63,794 nucleotides of DNA, filler included, from Choristocarpus tenellus KU-1152 (GCA_964200185.2; 8 parts of 8 records of this genome joined end to end with filler, not necessarily neighbours in it), one strand, 5' to 3'. Positions 1-13,119 are shown, numbered from the whole stretch's first letter. The notes: generated by a model not told the origin, from the sequence alone. A program made the numbers and translations.

Positions 1-111
1 AGTGGTAATGAAATCAATATTCTCATAAATAAATATAAGCTGACGGTTGTATGTGGTGTGTGTATGATAGGTAGACAACACATGATACACCGATACACTC
101 CACAAATGCAC

Positions 112-243
112 CTCAGCCTTGCGCCTCTCCTCATCCTCCTTGATCTTCCTCTTGACTAGTTCCTGCTTGGCAAACGCCTCCATCTCCATTTGTTTCGAAT
201 GCTGCCGTCTCTTCTCCTCCTTACGAGCCTCCTCCTCCTGCCC

Positions 244-300
<57 letters not shown>

Positions 301-394
301 ACACCAACACNNNNNNNNNNTTTTGACAAGACGGGGAGGCGTCATTTGGTGTGTGGCGGAGGTTTCCGCGGGGCGTGCTCCCCTCCTCCTCCCG

Positions 395-444
<50 letters not shown>

Positions 445-811
445 ATACACACACACCACAGAAACAGAAAAGTAAAACAAAAGGAGATAATGGAATTATT
501 AGTTTGAAATTTACGCATCACACGATCATGTTACGAATATGATTATACTATTAATACTACACCAGATGCGTAAGGACGTGTAGTGTGCATATGACATAAA
601 GTGACACCAAACATGGGTGTGAAGGATGGGGGGAGGTGAGGGGTACACCCACGATTCTTCTCAATTGTCTTTGTGCATTGCCACGTCCCATCAAGAAACA
701 TCCCATCAAGAAACACACCTGCTTCCGCTGTTCAAACTGATTCATATTGGCTCGTTGTTGTTCCAGTTGCAGCAGCCTCCTTTCCTCATCCTCCACCAAT
801 CGCAGACTTGC
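112..811 (-). CDS. Two internal exons (811-719, 237-112) of an E/K/R/Q-rich coiled-coil protein; partial
   Basis: Both exons are phase 0 with AG/GT boundaries and join in frame: ASLRLVEDEERRLLQLEQQRANMNQFEQRKQ|EEEARKEEKRRQHSKQMEMEAFAKQELVKRKIKEDEERRKAE. The first acceptor has a strong polypyrimidine tract. Confidence 0.7.
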
Positions 812-1403
812 CTGGGAAAAGAAAAAGAAAAAGAAAAAAAAACACCAATTTAAAAAACAAAAAAGTTTTTAGAACATTTTTTTTTTTTTAAGGAACGTAA
901 AACGGACAAAACAGTTTTAGAAGTATCGGGGAAGGAAGCACAGAAAAGAGAGGTAAAGAGTCGACAGAACAGAATGGTACGATGACGGGGTGAAAGGGAC
1001 TGATCACAGTATCAAGTACTTGATTCATATGCCATGGGTGGTGTTTGTCTGGAACAACGGCGATATACCCTGCAATGTCAACCGCCGAGACCGCCCGACC
1101 CTCAATATCTTTTCTTGGCAGGAATCTCTCTGACTGCTTGTCCTTGAGATCATCGCAAAACCAATTCCCTCTGTGCGTCTTCTTCCCCAGTCGGTATCGG
1201 ATCAATAAATGTTCTGAAGAAAACTGCAATGACGTGGCAATGAAAAGAACAATAAGAACAGTAATAATAATAAGAAGATTAGAGAGCAATAAAAAATAAT
1301 GTTACCAAAAACATTAATCTCAGTAATAGGTTCAGTTTGAATAATACTTTTTTGTTCAGCATCGTTCAGAACAATTTCTACGGATGAGGAAATACCTCAT
1401 CCA

Positions 1404-1667
1404 GAGTGAAAAGTATGTTAGGGTTAGGGTACGAGTTTTGCCCTGCTTTTCCGTTTGGGGATTGGCTTCCCATGGGTTTTTTATGACATTTTTCCTGCTC
1501 TGAAATGCTTTAGAGTAGGTAAAATGTACACGCTATGAAAAGGTGTCTTCAGAACGTGGATATTGACACTTCCTATCAAACACGATAGCCAAAATTACAT
1601 CAAAATCGCAACATTGGATTTTGACCCCCAAACGGACGCGGCTCTACCCTCTAAGATACTTTGACTC
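1404..1667 (-). mobile_element. MITE family A copy (~260 bp)
   Basis: Ends GAGTGAAAAGTAT...TACCCTCTAAGATACTTTGACTC; the body matches seven other copies in the window. Confidence 0.9.
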
Positions 1668-2338
1668 ATCAGGTAGGCGTTTATTGAAGCTAGGTGGGTG
1701 TAGAATAGGTATAGACTACTTTAAGTTTTTTGCTGAGATCTTATGGAAACCTCGGGGTGGGATTTTTTGTAACAGTCCTTTAAAAACCAAAGAAAATCCA
1801 ATGCCATCTTGAACATTTGTGGCCTAGCTGATGTTGAAGAGAGGGAATCATACAGAAGCAATGTAGGAGTAATGTCTATCGCGTCAACAAATGAAAGTAT
1901 CATATGATGAGGAATACACCAAGAAAAGAAGTGAAGTAAAAAAAAGTGGAATGAACATAGAGGTGTACCTGTTGGACGAATCCTATTGGCTCAATTTGAC
2001 CTCAAACAAAAAAAAATTGAACATGATATTAGTATTGTTGTTATCACTATTTTTCGTTCTTTTATTCCTACTGGCGATGTGTACGTTCTTCCCTTTCTGT
2101 TTCTGATAATCTTAACAATTTTTGTTACCTAGTTGTGGTGCTGTTGTGAAGTGTAGCGATAGATTTGAAACAGATTGTTACGGTTACAGATTGTTACGGT
2201 TACAGATTTTTTTTCATCACCGAATAGTTGACACATCAACATCGAAACAAATGCAAATACAAAATATAGTTTGTGGTGATTCATAAAATAATCCTGCACA
2301 CACATTTCCCCAATAACACACACACACACTCATGTACA

Positions 2339-2389
2339 TAGTATGTATGTATGTATGTATGTATGTATGTATGTATGTATGTATGTATG

Positions 2390-2420
<31 letters not shown>

Positions 2421-2480
2421 TATGCATGTATGTATGTATGTAATATGCATGTATGTATGTATGTATGTATGCATGTATGT
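2339..2480. repeat. (TATG)n microsatellite
   Basis: Tetranucleotide tandem run, read directly. Confidence 0.95.
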
Positions 2481-5085
2481 ACATATTTGCGTACACTGAC
2501 ACCCCCGAAACAAAAAAAATGCTTTACTCAGTTCAAATCGACTCAACACCTCTATTCCACCTCGGGTACCTTTTCAATTGACAACCGAATGCATCGATAG
2601 ACACCTCACTGATTGAATTCACGCTCAGAGGGACAGAAACGTTTTTCAGCAGTCAAGTCTACAAAACGTACGTAATGATAAGATTGAATATTTACGATGG
2701 ATCAGACCAGGTTACAACAACATTACCTAGTCTGTGGTGCTACTGCCCTTGTTATGACCAACGTAAATCAAAGCATATAGCCCAGGTGGGCCAGCCTACT
2801 AATCCGGAAATTTATCGTCTACAACCAAATCAGAAATCGGAACTCTGCGGAGCGGTACGAGCTTTTATACTCAAAGGCACTACTTAATTCAATAGGTATA
2901 CATAGAACATATTCATTTTGATTATAATACTTCAATGTATTTTTGTCTAGAAGTATATGTCAAGACATCATATTGATGGTAGTTCGCATCGTTATCATAG
3001 CAGGTAGGAATGATATCTGGTACTACAAAAGTTCATTTTCATTTGCCGAGATGTTGCTGAAGAGACAAAGGAGAAGATACGTTGTGGTGCACCATGGAAT
3101 AAAAAGCTTTGGTCTAAAGAGTGTCAGGAAGCGCTTCTTTACCATGTTTCACGAGTGATATCAAGCAGCAAGGAGGGTCTTTCGAGGTAGATATATCACC
3201 ATGCTACGTTCATAAGCGATTTGTGAACGAAGAGAACCAGGTCAGTCCTCCTCCAGAGAGTACTCCATTTGTACTGTACAGTTGTGTAGGAGATTTATGC
3301 ACACCAGTCGGGGTGCTTGCACCTCTAGTATTCTTCAACGCAACCTAAGCCGTTTTTCACAATTTTTCCTTTGCCATACCGCACAACCACGCTCCCACCA
3401 GCTCAACTGCTAAGGATTCGTCCAACAAATTCTGTCACTCGTATCCTTCTTGGAGAAACGGTTTGATCGGTCATTAGGTCTGCACACATCAGGAACTAGT
3501 TTCAGATCGCCCCCTGCTTTCAAGTTTAATCTCCACAAAAGAAAAGTTCAAGTTCAACGCGTTATTTCATACTTGCAGTCGGTAGAAAGATAGAATTGTC
3601 AAGCAATCCTCTTGGGTGAAAGATATTAAACCACAAACCGTACCTTGCATCACCCACAAGAATCCTCTCTGAGGTTAGCTGAGGGATTTAACCCCTATGA
3701 CTCTAACACTAAGTACTGAATTTCACCTCCTCTTTTCTCTGCATTTCGGCTTCTTCCATAACCACCCGCGCCCGCTCTGCCTTTTCGAACGCCTCGCGTT
3801 CCCTTTTTTCCATCGCCTTTCGGGCATCCTCTTCCTTTAGCTGACGCTCCTTCTCCTGTATCCAGTCCAACAGTGCCACATCCAACAGATATGTAAGCGT
3901 ATGTGGATAAAGACGAGGGATTTGGTATCATTTCCAAGCATTCCGGCCTGCCTAACGACCCATACACGACACATTTGTAAACATCGTCTTCCCTCTGACT
4001 TGTGTGTATGATGAGTGCCTTGAAGGAGACGTATCCGTGTTGATTGATCTCACGCTTGCTACAAGACTCTACGAAGTGTTTGAGTTGTCACCCTTCCTTG
4101 GTTGGTATTCATGGGGTCGAAAGCGGATCAACTTCTGCCCGTATGACAATCTGCCACATATAAGACAACAAAAGCACATACATCTCGACTCTATCATTTA
4201 TGGGCGCCACACTTAATTCCACGTATGAAAGTGGTCACAGACGTCTTCAATCACGCCCACCTGAGTTGCCTCGAAGTCAGCCAAAGCAGCTGCTCTTCCC
4301 GGCGTCCCATGAAAAGGGACTACTTCGAACATGCCACACACTCAAGGAAGTACGACGTACTGTGTAGATGGACTTAGTTAGAGAGACTACTTAGGTCACG
4401 AGGCACTTCGTTGCGGAAGTGTCCAGGTAGTCAGACGTACCAAAGTGGACAGAGGTGACAGAATTCAAATCCTAAACGGTTTTCTACCCCTGACAGACTT
4501 GTGATTCATTCGGTATTGTTGTTGTTGTGATGTGTTTTTATAGTGCAGATAGATCATTCTTTATACATATATATTCTTTCATAGAATTGTACTAAAACTA
4601 TGTTCTAGTATTGTGTATCTTGTATTAACGATTCTATTTTTGAGGTATAAATTCAAAACAAAATGCGTTCACGGTCTTTTCTTATTTTAGCGTTCTTATG
4701 GATGATTAATAGAACATCAACAATCAATTATTTTCCACACATACACCCTAAAATTGTATTTTTATATTAACCGTCACAACGTACATGAGAGTAGAAATGG
4801 TTTAAATGATATCCTCAAACAGTATGAATCAGAGTGAAGGGTGGCATTGTTGGGACAATATGTGTGTGGGATATTTAAATGTCAACAATCCGTCAACCTT
4901 AACTCTATTTATTAGGGGGTAAGATCGAAGAGAACTTCAATACAGTATATGATACGATTCTCACCGATAACAAACACATACCACCATGTATTGACACCTA
5001 TTATATGCCTACAATAAATACAGTACCACTTCATTCCTCCACCACTTTTCAAAGTATCTAAAACCCGCGGAAAGCCAAGCCCCAA

Positions 5086-5162
5086 GCCCCAAAGTATCTG
5101 GGGGGGGCGGGGGCGGGGGTCTACACCAGGGTGTCCATTTGGACCCTGAACAGGAGAAGTGA
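5086..5162 (-). mobile_element. MITE family B end, truncated at contig edge
   Basis: GCCCCAAAGTATCTG + poly-G + TCTACACCAGGGTGTCCATTTGG is the reverse complement of the right end of copies at 44642 and 53256. Confidence 0.85.
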
Positions 5163-5262
5163 NNNNNNNNNNNNNNNNNNNNNNNNNNNNNNNNNNNNNN
5201 NNNNNNTTAATTAATTAANNNNNNNNNNNNNNNNNNNNNNNNNNNNNNNNNNNNNNNNNNNN
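5163..5262. other. Artificial contig linker (N-run + TTAATTAATTAA + N-run); also at 11946-12045, 22738-22837, 43633-43732, 47459-47558, 53127-53226 and 60002-60101
   Basis: Identical 100-nt spacer with stop codons in all six frames; an assembly or concatenation artefact. Confidence 0.98.
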
Positions 5263-6570
5263 CTGTAGGGAACTGTTCCAGCATCTGCTAGTACCCCTGC
5301 GTGGAATACTAGATCCATGCAGAGATTCCGGTCCACAGTGAAAGGGCTACCATCCTCCGTAGTGCAAGGGATGCCCATCCCCTTGCATAATTGGTGCAGG
5401 CATTTAACCATTGGAGTGTGCTGTCGTACCTGTCCTCCTACCCTGGGGCAGGTGCGGGCATGTCTGGTATCGACATTTTTCCTCCTGCACCCTGCCACTG
5501 AGCACCTGTTCGATAGGGCTTCCTCTCTCCCTAGGGATCTGCTGACTGTGAGCTTGAATCCTAGAGAGGGGGGATCTGGCATGCTGGTTCCAGCGGTTGC
5601 GTCGAGGCCCAGGCGTTTGCTCCTTGTCCACACTGGCTCCGGTGGCACGCTAGGACTAATGAAGAGCTTTCCCTCCCTTGGTGTGCCTCATTTGGAAGAT
5701 CAGCTGGCTGTGTCCTGAAGGAGTCGAAACGGATCCTGTTGAGGAGGTGTGATCTTGTGTTGAGCCCTCCTTGTGATCCTGGCGTCATGAGCTGCCAGGA
5801 TGTGGTCCTCTGGGGCAGGTGCAGGTGGTGCTGTTTCCCCCCAAGTTACCCAGTCTTTGGCCAATAATTTCAGCCAGGTCTTCTGAGGGGACACCTGTAG
5901 AAATGAGAGTGTGTATGGACGATCCTAAGGCCTGTATTGCAGGGCTTGTGCATACAGCCTGTGAGAAGGACCCGCCATGAGGCCCTTGCTGCCTTGCTAG
6001 GAGGGTGGGGAGAGTAGTCACCGGTGATCCTACAAAACTGCATGTTGGCGGTGTTTCATAGAGGAGAGGCCTAGACCCCCCGCACTTGTAGGCATCTGTG
6101 CCTGTGCTTGTTGGTGGGTCTCTAGGCGGAGAGACCTATTGTTGCAGCCTCCCTCAAAGAAATCTGTCACCTCTGTCGCATCAGCTATCTCCATTATCCT
6201 CTCTAGTGTCCACAGGGAGGTATTGTCTGCTTGCTCCATGGTGAAGAGAGCCAGGAGGGGGGGAGTGACCCTCACAAGATAGCCTAGCCGGGAGGAGAGG
6301 GACCAGGAGTTGAGGAGCCAGGCCACCTGCTTGTTCTCCATCTCGCTGAGGTATGTGGCTAAAGCTCGTGTCCCAGAGCTCTATCACCTCCGCCATGTGA
6401 GCTCGAATGAAATCATCTGTTCCTACTGGAGCCCCTAGAGTGACAAAACCACTAGGGTTCGGGGCTAGGTTGATTCCTGTTGTGGAAAGGAGCTCTAGTT
6501 CTGAGGGCGTGGGTTGGTAGCCCTGGGGAGGTGCGGCAAAGGTCTTGTCCATATTTAGATTGATACCTGT
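5263..6570 (-). mobile_element. Decayed CRE-like non-LTR retrotransposon (end of RT, thumb, Zn finger, start of restriction-like endonuclease)
   Basis: Frameshifted pieces carry GFVTLGAPVG, AGGLGL, CSVAGC...HARTC...RQH and DRNLCMDLV, motifs typical of RLE-type (CRE-clade) LINEs. Confidence 0.8.
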
Positions 6571-6574
6571 CAGT

Positions 6575-6662
6575 ACATATATTATATCTGTCACTGGCTC
6601 TCCATCCAACTATCTAATCCACCGGTGGTGTCTATGTGTATCAGCAGCACTATCTACGAACA
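6575..6662 (+). mobile_element. 3' fragment of the LTR family seen complete at 56134-56502
   Basis: TCACTGGCTCTCCATCC...ATCTAATCCACCGGTGGTGTCTAT...ACGAACA is shared with 56435-56502. Confidence 0.8.
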
Positions 6663-7243
6663 AAACGTTCTACTTGCTTGCCAAGGCGCCCAAATCTTTC
6701 CACATCGAAGGTGTTGTCGTAAGTGTGCAAAACTTTAGTCTATTTACTGTTTTACATCTATTCGCTATTTTACCACCAGTTATGCTATACCGTTCCCTTC
6801 GTGTGACTCTAACCTAACTTAGTCCTGTACTCGAGGTTGAGGGCCTACGGAGGTATCCCATAAATCTAACGAACCCTCCTCGCCTATCTCCCTGGTGTCT
6901 CCATGTTAGAGTGCATGGCCCGTCTGGACAGGGCTACCTGTGTTGTGACAGAAACTGTTTGTCGTATACGGGGTTTGACAGCCCCCTTCCTGCTTTAACC
7001 TCCTGTCCCTCTCCCCCCTACCACGTGCGTAGCTAGCTCATCCAGAAAACTTTCTACTTGCTTGCCAACGCGCCCAAAACTTTCCACTGCGAAGGTGTTG
7101 AGGTTATAACTACGAGGATCAAAAGAGCCCTCGTAGTGGGTGCGCTTTCGTGGCTCAGCTGCAGTAGCAGCTACACCATTGCTGGCGGAAGAGTGGGGAA
7201 AGTGGGAGGTTGCCTGTACATTTCCAAACATAACATCTAGCAT
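6663..7243 (-). mobile_element. CRE-like element 3' end (RLE endonuclease) with a short duplicated piece
   Basis: LDV...AEPRKRTHYEGSFDP...FAVESFGRVGK...FLDELA followed by RIRQTVSVTTQVALSRR; 6663-6715 repeats 7047-7100; homologous to 56020-56760. Confidence 0.8.
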
Positions 7244-7569
7244 GACGCCTTTGTGCCAGTGTAGTCCCGGCGCCCACTAATTTTATATTTGGTCATTCCT
7301 GTGTTTCAATGTCTCTACACAACCTTAACAATAAATGTGATATATCGGTATGTATGTTACATTTGTAATTATATACCGCTATCTTTCGTCGAAACGAAAG
7401 ACATCAACAAGGACAAACCAAAGTGAAGTATTAAGGACAGAGGTGGGAATCCTACTCACCTTGTGCCCATCGAACTATTCTCACAAAAGAACAGATCTCT
7501 CGGCGCTTATAAAGATACCACAGAAAGGTAGAAATCGAGATGGCTAGACTTGAGCTTGTCCCAGTGGAC

Positions 7570-9213
7570 ATGGGTGACGAAGTGCTAGCTCTCCTTAGGC
7601 CGCATTTCGGGTCCATCAAAATCCCCTCCACTTACGACAAGGTCTACAAGGACGAGTGCATGTTTAGCTTCGACACGTGAGACACAGGTTCACTCTTATA
7701 TGTAGAATAGTGTACAAGAGGAAAGTCCAGAAGCACCCCCACCTTCGGATGTGTCACTTCCATTAGTCGACTCTACTATGTAAGCACCTGCCATTGATAG
7801 CATGGATGGGCCGAGATTTTCCTTGCTTTAGCTAAATGCCCACTTATACATCACGCACCTTTTAGTATCGTACTCGTTTGTCTGAAGGGATTATTGTTTT
7901 TTTCTCCTTGTCTCGGGTTTGCATCCCCAATTTTGTGAAGCGGCATCCTCTCGAACGAGGATCGTGGTTATTTTAGTAGTCCTGTTGTAGTGTGTGCAGT
8001 GAACTAGTTTTTGCGCTGCGCATGTTACTTTTGCTTCCGCAGCAGGGTTTATAAAACTGTCCTGGTTTGCTATAAGTTAGGCTCCTCTATGCGCTACCTC
8101 ATAATGCACAAAGCAGAGAAGATACTATTTGCAAATAATGGAGGTATCCCTTTATCAACATAAGCATAGCTCTACCTCTTCGAACCTCGACAGTGTCTAC
8201 TGCAGTCATTGGGAAGGTACTAGGATTAGGGGGAGGGTACAGGCAAGTAGTTTTCAATCTTCAAAGTCCAAAGCGCCTGTCGGATGTATTGAAGCAATCC
8301 TCATGCATGTGTCGTCATGTCCAGTAAACACGGGGGTTGGGGATTCTCTGTACCTAGCTCCTATTCCACAGCCCTCCCCTTACACCACAACTTTCACCAA
8401 TCAATATGACCACCTCGTCTTGCTGCTCAAACACCACCTCTCCCCTTTTGTCACTTCTTATATTTCACCATATCACTTATCATCGATTTTGTGGTGCAAT
8501 GGTGCAGGCCTTTCTCGCCTGATGGTCTGTATGTTAGCTTGTCCGATTGGCAGGGGTATGGTCATGATTGGGTTTCTCTGGGTCAGGAGCGCACTAATGC
8601 GGCACTATTCCTACGCCAGATATGGAGGCGCGTGAAGGTGTCCAAAGCAGATATTGATTCAATGGACACCTCAAATGGAGAGGTAGGAATGTTGATCTAG
8701 CCACTGTTGTGGCATGTAGATCCATTTCAAAAGGAGTGAGTAGTACACCTAGTGCTGGCATAGTATAGTTTGCAATATATTTTCAGATACTGCTTCTACC
8801 TCTTCCCTGTGAAATACTGGATTACTTTGGAAGTATGTATTCTGAAGTATGGCACACATTGCAATATTTATTTTTTGGAGGTACACAACTGCCAATTACT
8901 CAGTGTGCTTGCAAGTACGTGTGTGGTTTGATGACAAAATCTTGGGGCTATAGGTTGGAGATCACGCCCGGAGGAAGTATGTAGATAAGATACAAGAAAC
9001 TGGGACCCTTGCAGCCTTTGGAGGGGATGTGATTCTATGATCTCATAATATCATGTTCTACTTTATGAGAGATACAATATTGTGATTTTTTTATGTGTAT
9101 TCTTGAATTTTGATATAGTACATAGCCGGGATAAAGGCAGTATGAGTCTGTAGATGTTGAAGGCATCATCAAGGTACCACTACATCACGAATTTCTGGAC
9201 TTCTGCTACATTC

Positions 9214-9251
<38 letters not shown>

Positions 9252-11687
9252 TTTTCTGCTGTGTGAGAAGAAGAAATGACTTTCTTTGGGAAGGGCAGCA
9301 GGCATTCCAGTTAGATTCAAGTTTGTGTTCTATGGTTTGGCTTCAATACCCTTTGAAGGTTACATTTTGCATCAGCAACAATCACGCTAAGCTGTACAGT
9401 AGAAGTAGTGATGGTGAAAGGAAAGCATTATTGCAGAGTCTGCTGCTGTAGGCAATAGGATTGATTGTACACAAGGTCATAGTAGTAGCACTCTGTGGAT
9501 TTTCCATTTGGAGAGAGCTGAGGGCAAAGGATTTTCCTATTGCACATCCCATCCTTCACATACCCACAGTCGCACGCCTATATTATCCTGGATTTCATAT
9601 GCCATACCCTACCTTGCTGTCCCTCACTGTAGCACTGTGTCCAATTTGTGCCCTTTGGTAGGGGGAGCCGACCCTTTTGGCTATTGGCGTGGAGGGTGGC
9701 TTTGTGATGGATGGACAGAAGTATGAGGTTATTAAGGAGCATGCTGTGGTTATGCTCAAGCCTGCCGGAGCTGGGGGGATTGTTGTGCCCTACCCGAATG
9801 AGGTGCGCCTACCCTTGCAGCAGGGTTAGGGTTAGTGATGGTTAGGGATAGGGTTGGGGTGGATTTGGAAATCCTCTTGACTGTGCTGCTCAATTTGACA
9901 ATCAAACTTCTCCCAAACTGCAAACTGCTCATTGTGCTGGAAATTGATAGGCCTTGGGTGTGATTCAGACTTGAGAAAATGTACATATTTAAATGTACAT
10001 GAAATGCTTCTATGAGGTGCATTAGGAACAAATAGAGGAGAAAGAGAGAGTAAATTGATCTCATTGAACCTACTGAGTATTTTGACATCTGCAATGTTTG
10101 TATGTCAACATGGGGGTCAAATGTTTGTAGAATATCTCAGGTTTTGGTGTTGGCAAAATAGTTGGACATGGACTAGATCAGGGGGGGTTAAGAATGGTTG
10201 AAAGTAAGCATACTGTCCTGCAATGTGAATTGTTGATAAAAATGTTTATGATGAGGATCATGCTCGCTGTCAATTCAGCCCAGTTGGCATCCTCTTATGT
10301 GTACAGGGAATGCATTATTGTACTTGTGGACCCACCAAGGGACAACTTGGTTGTGTAGTTATATTTAGTTAATCTTATTCCCACAGGAATATCTTGCTCT
10401 CATGCCAAGATTATCTCTCATGATAAGGCTGTAGTAACAAGATTGAGGTGTATGCAGTAGTAGAGTACAAAAAGTATTATTGACAGCTGTATGTGTAACT
10501 GTGAGTATGTGACACGTAGGCAATTGGATGCTTTTTTGCAACCTGCCTTGCCCTCTTTTTTTTGATGCCATTTGTTTTGCTTTTATTTGGCAGGATCTCC
10601 CGACGGTGGTCATCCAGGCCGTGGATGCCATCATTGCTCACCAGGGGGCTGCTGAGCAAGCTGAGGTGGCATTGGACAGGGGCAGGGACAGGGGCTGGGG
10701 CTAGAGTTTGACTGTCAGGGACATAGAATGCAATTTCCAATATTCTTTCATTGCCAAGCAACATCTAATTGTTTGTATTGAAGTGTATGTCTGTATCATA
10801 GTACTTCAGTCCAGTCCGTTGTTTATAGTGCTTGGTAGTGAAGTCATAGTACTTGAACTTGTTATATAACTTGACAGTATGGTTATGGTACTTATTTATA
10901 TTTTTGTGGTCCCTGGTACTGTAGTGATAGTACTTGGTCTTGTTATATAACTTGGCAGTGCAGTTGTGGTACTCACTATTGTTATGGTACCTGGTACTGT
11001 GGTGATAGTGCTTGACGTTACTGTTACATAACTTGGGAGTGCGGTTGTGGTACTTCAAAATATTATTGTGATACTTGGTGTGGTGATAATACTGGATAAT
11101 GTTGTTACATGGCTTGGCAGTGTGGTTGTAGTACTTATCTTACTTTTGGCAATTGGTAGTACAGAGATGGGGCTTGATATTGTTGTTGTATACATTGGCA
11201 TTGCTGTTGTGGTACTTTTTGTTATGATACTTGGTTCTGCAAAGATTGTACATGATATTTCTGTTACATTACTTGGCAGTGTGGTTGTAGTACTTTCTGT
11301 GGTTATGATACTTGGTATTGTTGTTATACTACTTGATATTCATGTTATTAAATATAAAAATTGGGGGTTGCAGTGCTCGACAAGGATGGTTAGAGCATAC
11401 CTGTACAAAAAGGCTCATTTTTTTCTTCAAGGCACGAAGTATTGCATGGTTTAGCTGAGAGTACAAGTGCAAGCATACTGCTGTTGTGCTAAACTCCCCC
11501 CCCCCACCATTCTTCCTTTGTAAGGTGAACCAGTGGGTTGCGGATGATGATATCTCTGTAAGCAAGTATGCAGCTGACCTGCCACAGCTGCCTGAGGCCA
11601 GTGGAAAGAGGGTGTCCAACGACCCTTCCACTTGGCAGTGCGAGGAGAGCGGGATGCGGGAAAACCTTTGGCTCAATCTTTCCACTG
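7570..11687 (+). CDS. UBP14: USP5/USP13/UBP14-type ubiquitin C-terminal hydrolase, 5' part; exons 7570-7676, 8508-8682, 9662-9802, 10594-10665, 11525-11687
   Basis: The spliced product has KVYKDECMFSFDTPFSPDGLYV, PTLLAIGVEGGF and the ZnF-UBP start WQCEESGMRENLWLNLSTG. All introns are GT-AG with consistent phases. The gene is cut by the linker at 11946. Confidence 0.92.
10760..11345. repeat. Degenerate intronic minisatellite (GTGGTACTT / ATAACTTGGCAGT units)
   Basis: Recurrent GTACTT and ACTTGGCAGT motifs with strong G+T skew inside intron 4 of the USP gene. Confidence 0.7.
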
Positions 11688-11794
11688 GTGTGTGTTGATG
11701 TGTGTGTCGATTGTCTTTCTATTTTTTTTTTGAAGTATTTGTTGGCAGATGCTATGACTGTATGTAAGATGGTTTCTTTGTGATAAAACTAAAA

Positions 11795-11945
11795 GGCTCA
11801 AAGTATCTGGGTGGGGGTGGTGACTGTTCATTTGGGGCCAATTTTTTCATGTCGTGGTTTTTGTATGGTTTAGTTGCATACGTCGGATGGATATTGTAAG
11901 TGCATGTTTCCTGGTTATGACCCAAATGGACACCCTGGTGTAGAC
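11795..11945 (+). mobile_element. MITE family B copy, truncated at contig edge
   Basis: GGCTCAAAGTATCTGGG start; internal TTTTTTCATGTCG...GGACACCCTGGTGTAGAC shared with other B copies. Confidence 0.9.
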
Positions 11946-12045
11946 NNNNNNNNNNNNNNNNNNNNNNNNNNNNNNNNNNNNNNNNNNNNTTAATTAATTA
12001 ANNNNNNNNNNNNNNNNNNNNNNNNNNNNNNNNNNNNNNNNNNNN

Positions 12046-12298
12046 CGTGTCCCCCCCAGGGCGCCTGCCCGTGGTGAAAAGGCGCGGAGGGGGGTAGATG
12101 GGGGGGGGGGGGGGGGGGAGGGTTGTGAGGGGGCGTCCGTTTCGGTCCGGACGAAGTGCTCAAAAAACATAGGAATTGCTATCTTCTGTCGTGAATACTC
12201 CGCGCTCGAAGACAGCAATTCCTTTGATTTTAGAGTAATTTGTCCGGACCGAAACGGACGCCCCCTCACAAACCACCACCCTCACGATACTTGGACCC
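12046..12298. mobile_element. MITE-like family C element with long subterminal inverted repeat
   Basis: Near-perfect ~30-bp inverted repeat TTGTGAGGGGGCGTCCGTTTCGGTCCGGAC (~12123-12152 vs ~12242-12271); right end GATACTTGGACCC resembles the A/B termini. Confidence 0.7.
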
Positions 12299-13119
12299 AG
12301 CCACCGTTCTTGTATGAAGTATTTTGGGGTAAAGTGCATTTAGGATCTACGCTTGGTGCTTGAATGGGTGTAGACTACGTTTTTATGGCTCGGGGGAGTT
12401 GTCATTGGGTTCAAAGCCTGGAGTCTGGGTAGTTGACGCCGCTTGGTTTGGGTGTAGAAGAGATGACATATGTTGTGGAGATCTCAACTTGTGCTGAAGA
12501 TGGTGGTGTGGAGTACGAGATGCTTGTGCGCCAATGTATTTCTGGAAAGGTTTCTGCCAATTGCTCTGTGGTCCTATCAGCGCAAAGGGGGGAGGAAAAA
12601 AGATTGGGGCATTGCAGTAAAAGTATTAGAGGATGGTGGCAGAACGCACCAATGGCACCAATGGAGACGAAATTTGTGTTGCCATCGGGCCAATAAAAAC
12701 ATGTGTATGAGGACACATAAACACAAACTCTTCGGGAAGATAATAAATTCAACGTTTGCAATGCGAAAGTCCGTTGGTTTAGATAACGTCCAATCTCTCT
12801 CCATCGTAACGTGTCTGTGGAGGCATGTGTCGGACTGGCAAAGTGGAGGGTGACTCACGAACAGAAATTGGCCTATGTTGTTCCTGAAAGCCGTGTCTGT
12901 CGTCAATATGGTGGCAGTGTAGGACTTGTCCAGAACCAGGCTCGTGTAGGAGGGTCTTCGTCAAATGCTGTATTGTTGGACAAGGAGCTGCATATTTCGC
13001 AAGTCGTCATTCTCCCATTTGACCTCGTAGGGGTATAGCTGACTCGCTTTTCTCTAACTTTCACTGGATAGTGGGGCTGGTATTTGGTCACGGTCCCTTC
13101 CATCCGCTGATCGTCCCAT

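Noticed and set aside
119-542. Poly-Pro/Gly ORFs
   Set aside because: Translations of poly-C tracts and CA repeats around an assembly gap.
888-1289. Further exon of the coiled-coil gene
   Set aside because: A plausible acceptor near 1213, but no convincing phase-compatible donor.
2217-2549. YIHT-repeat protein ORFs
   Set aside because: Translation of the TATG microsatellite.
3200-4450. Possible retroelement gag/protease remnant
   Set aside because: Only a G/K/R-rich stretch; no diagnostic motif.
5207-5218. Recurring TTAATTAATTAA motif as a biological signal
   Set aside because: Always embedded in fixed N-runs; a synthetic six-frame-stop linker.
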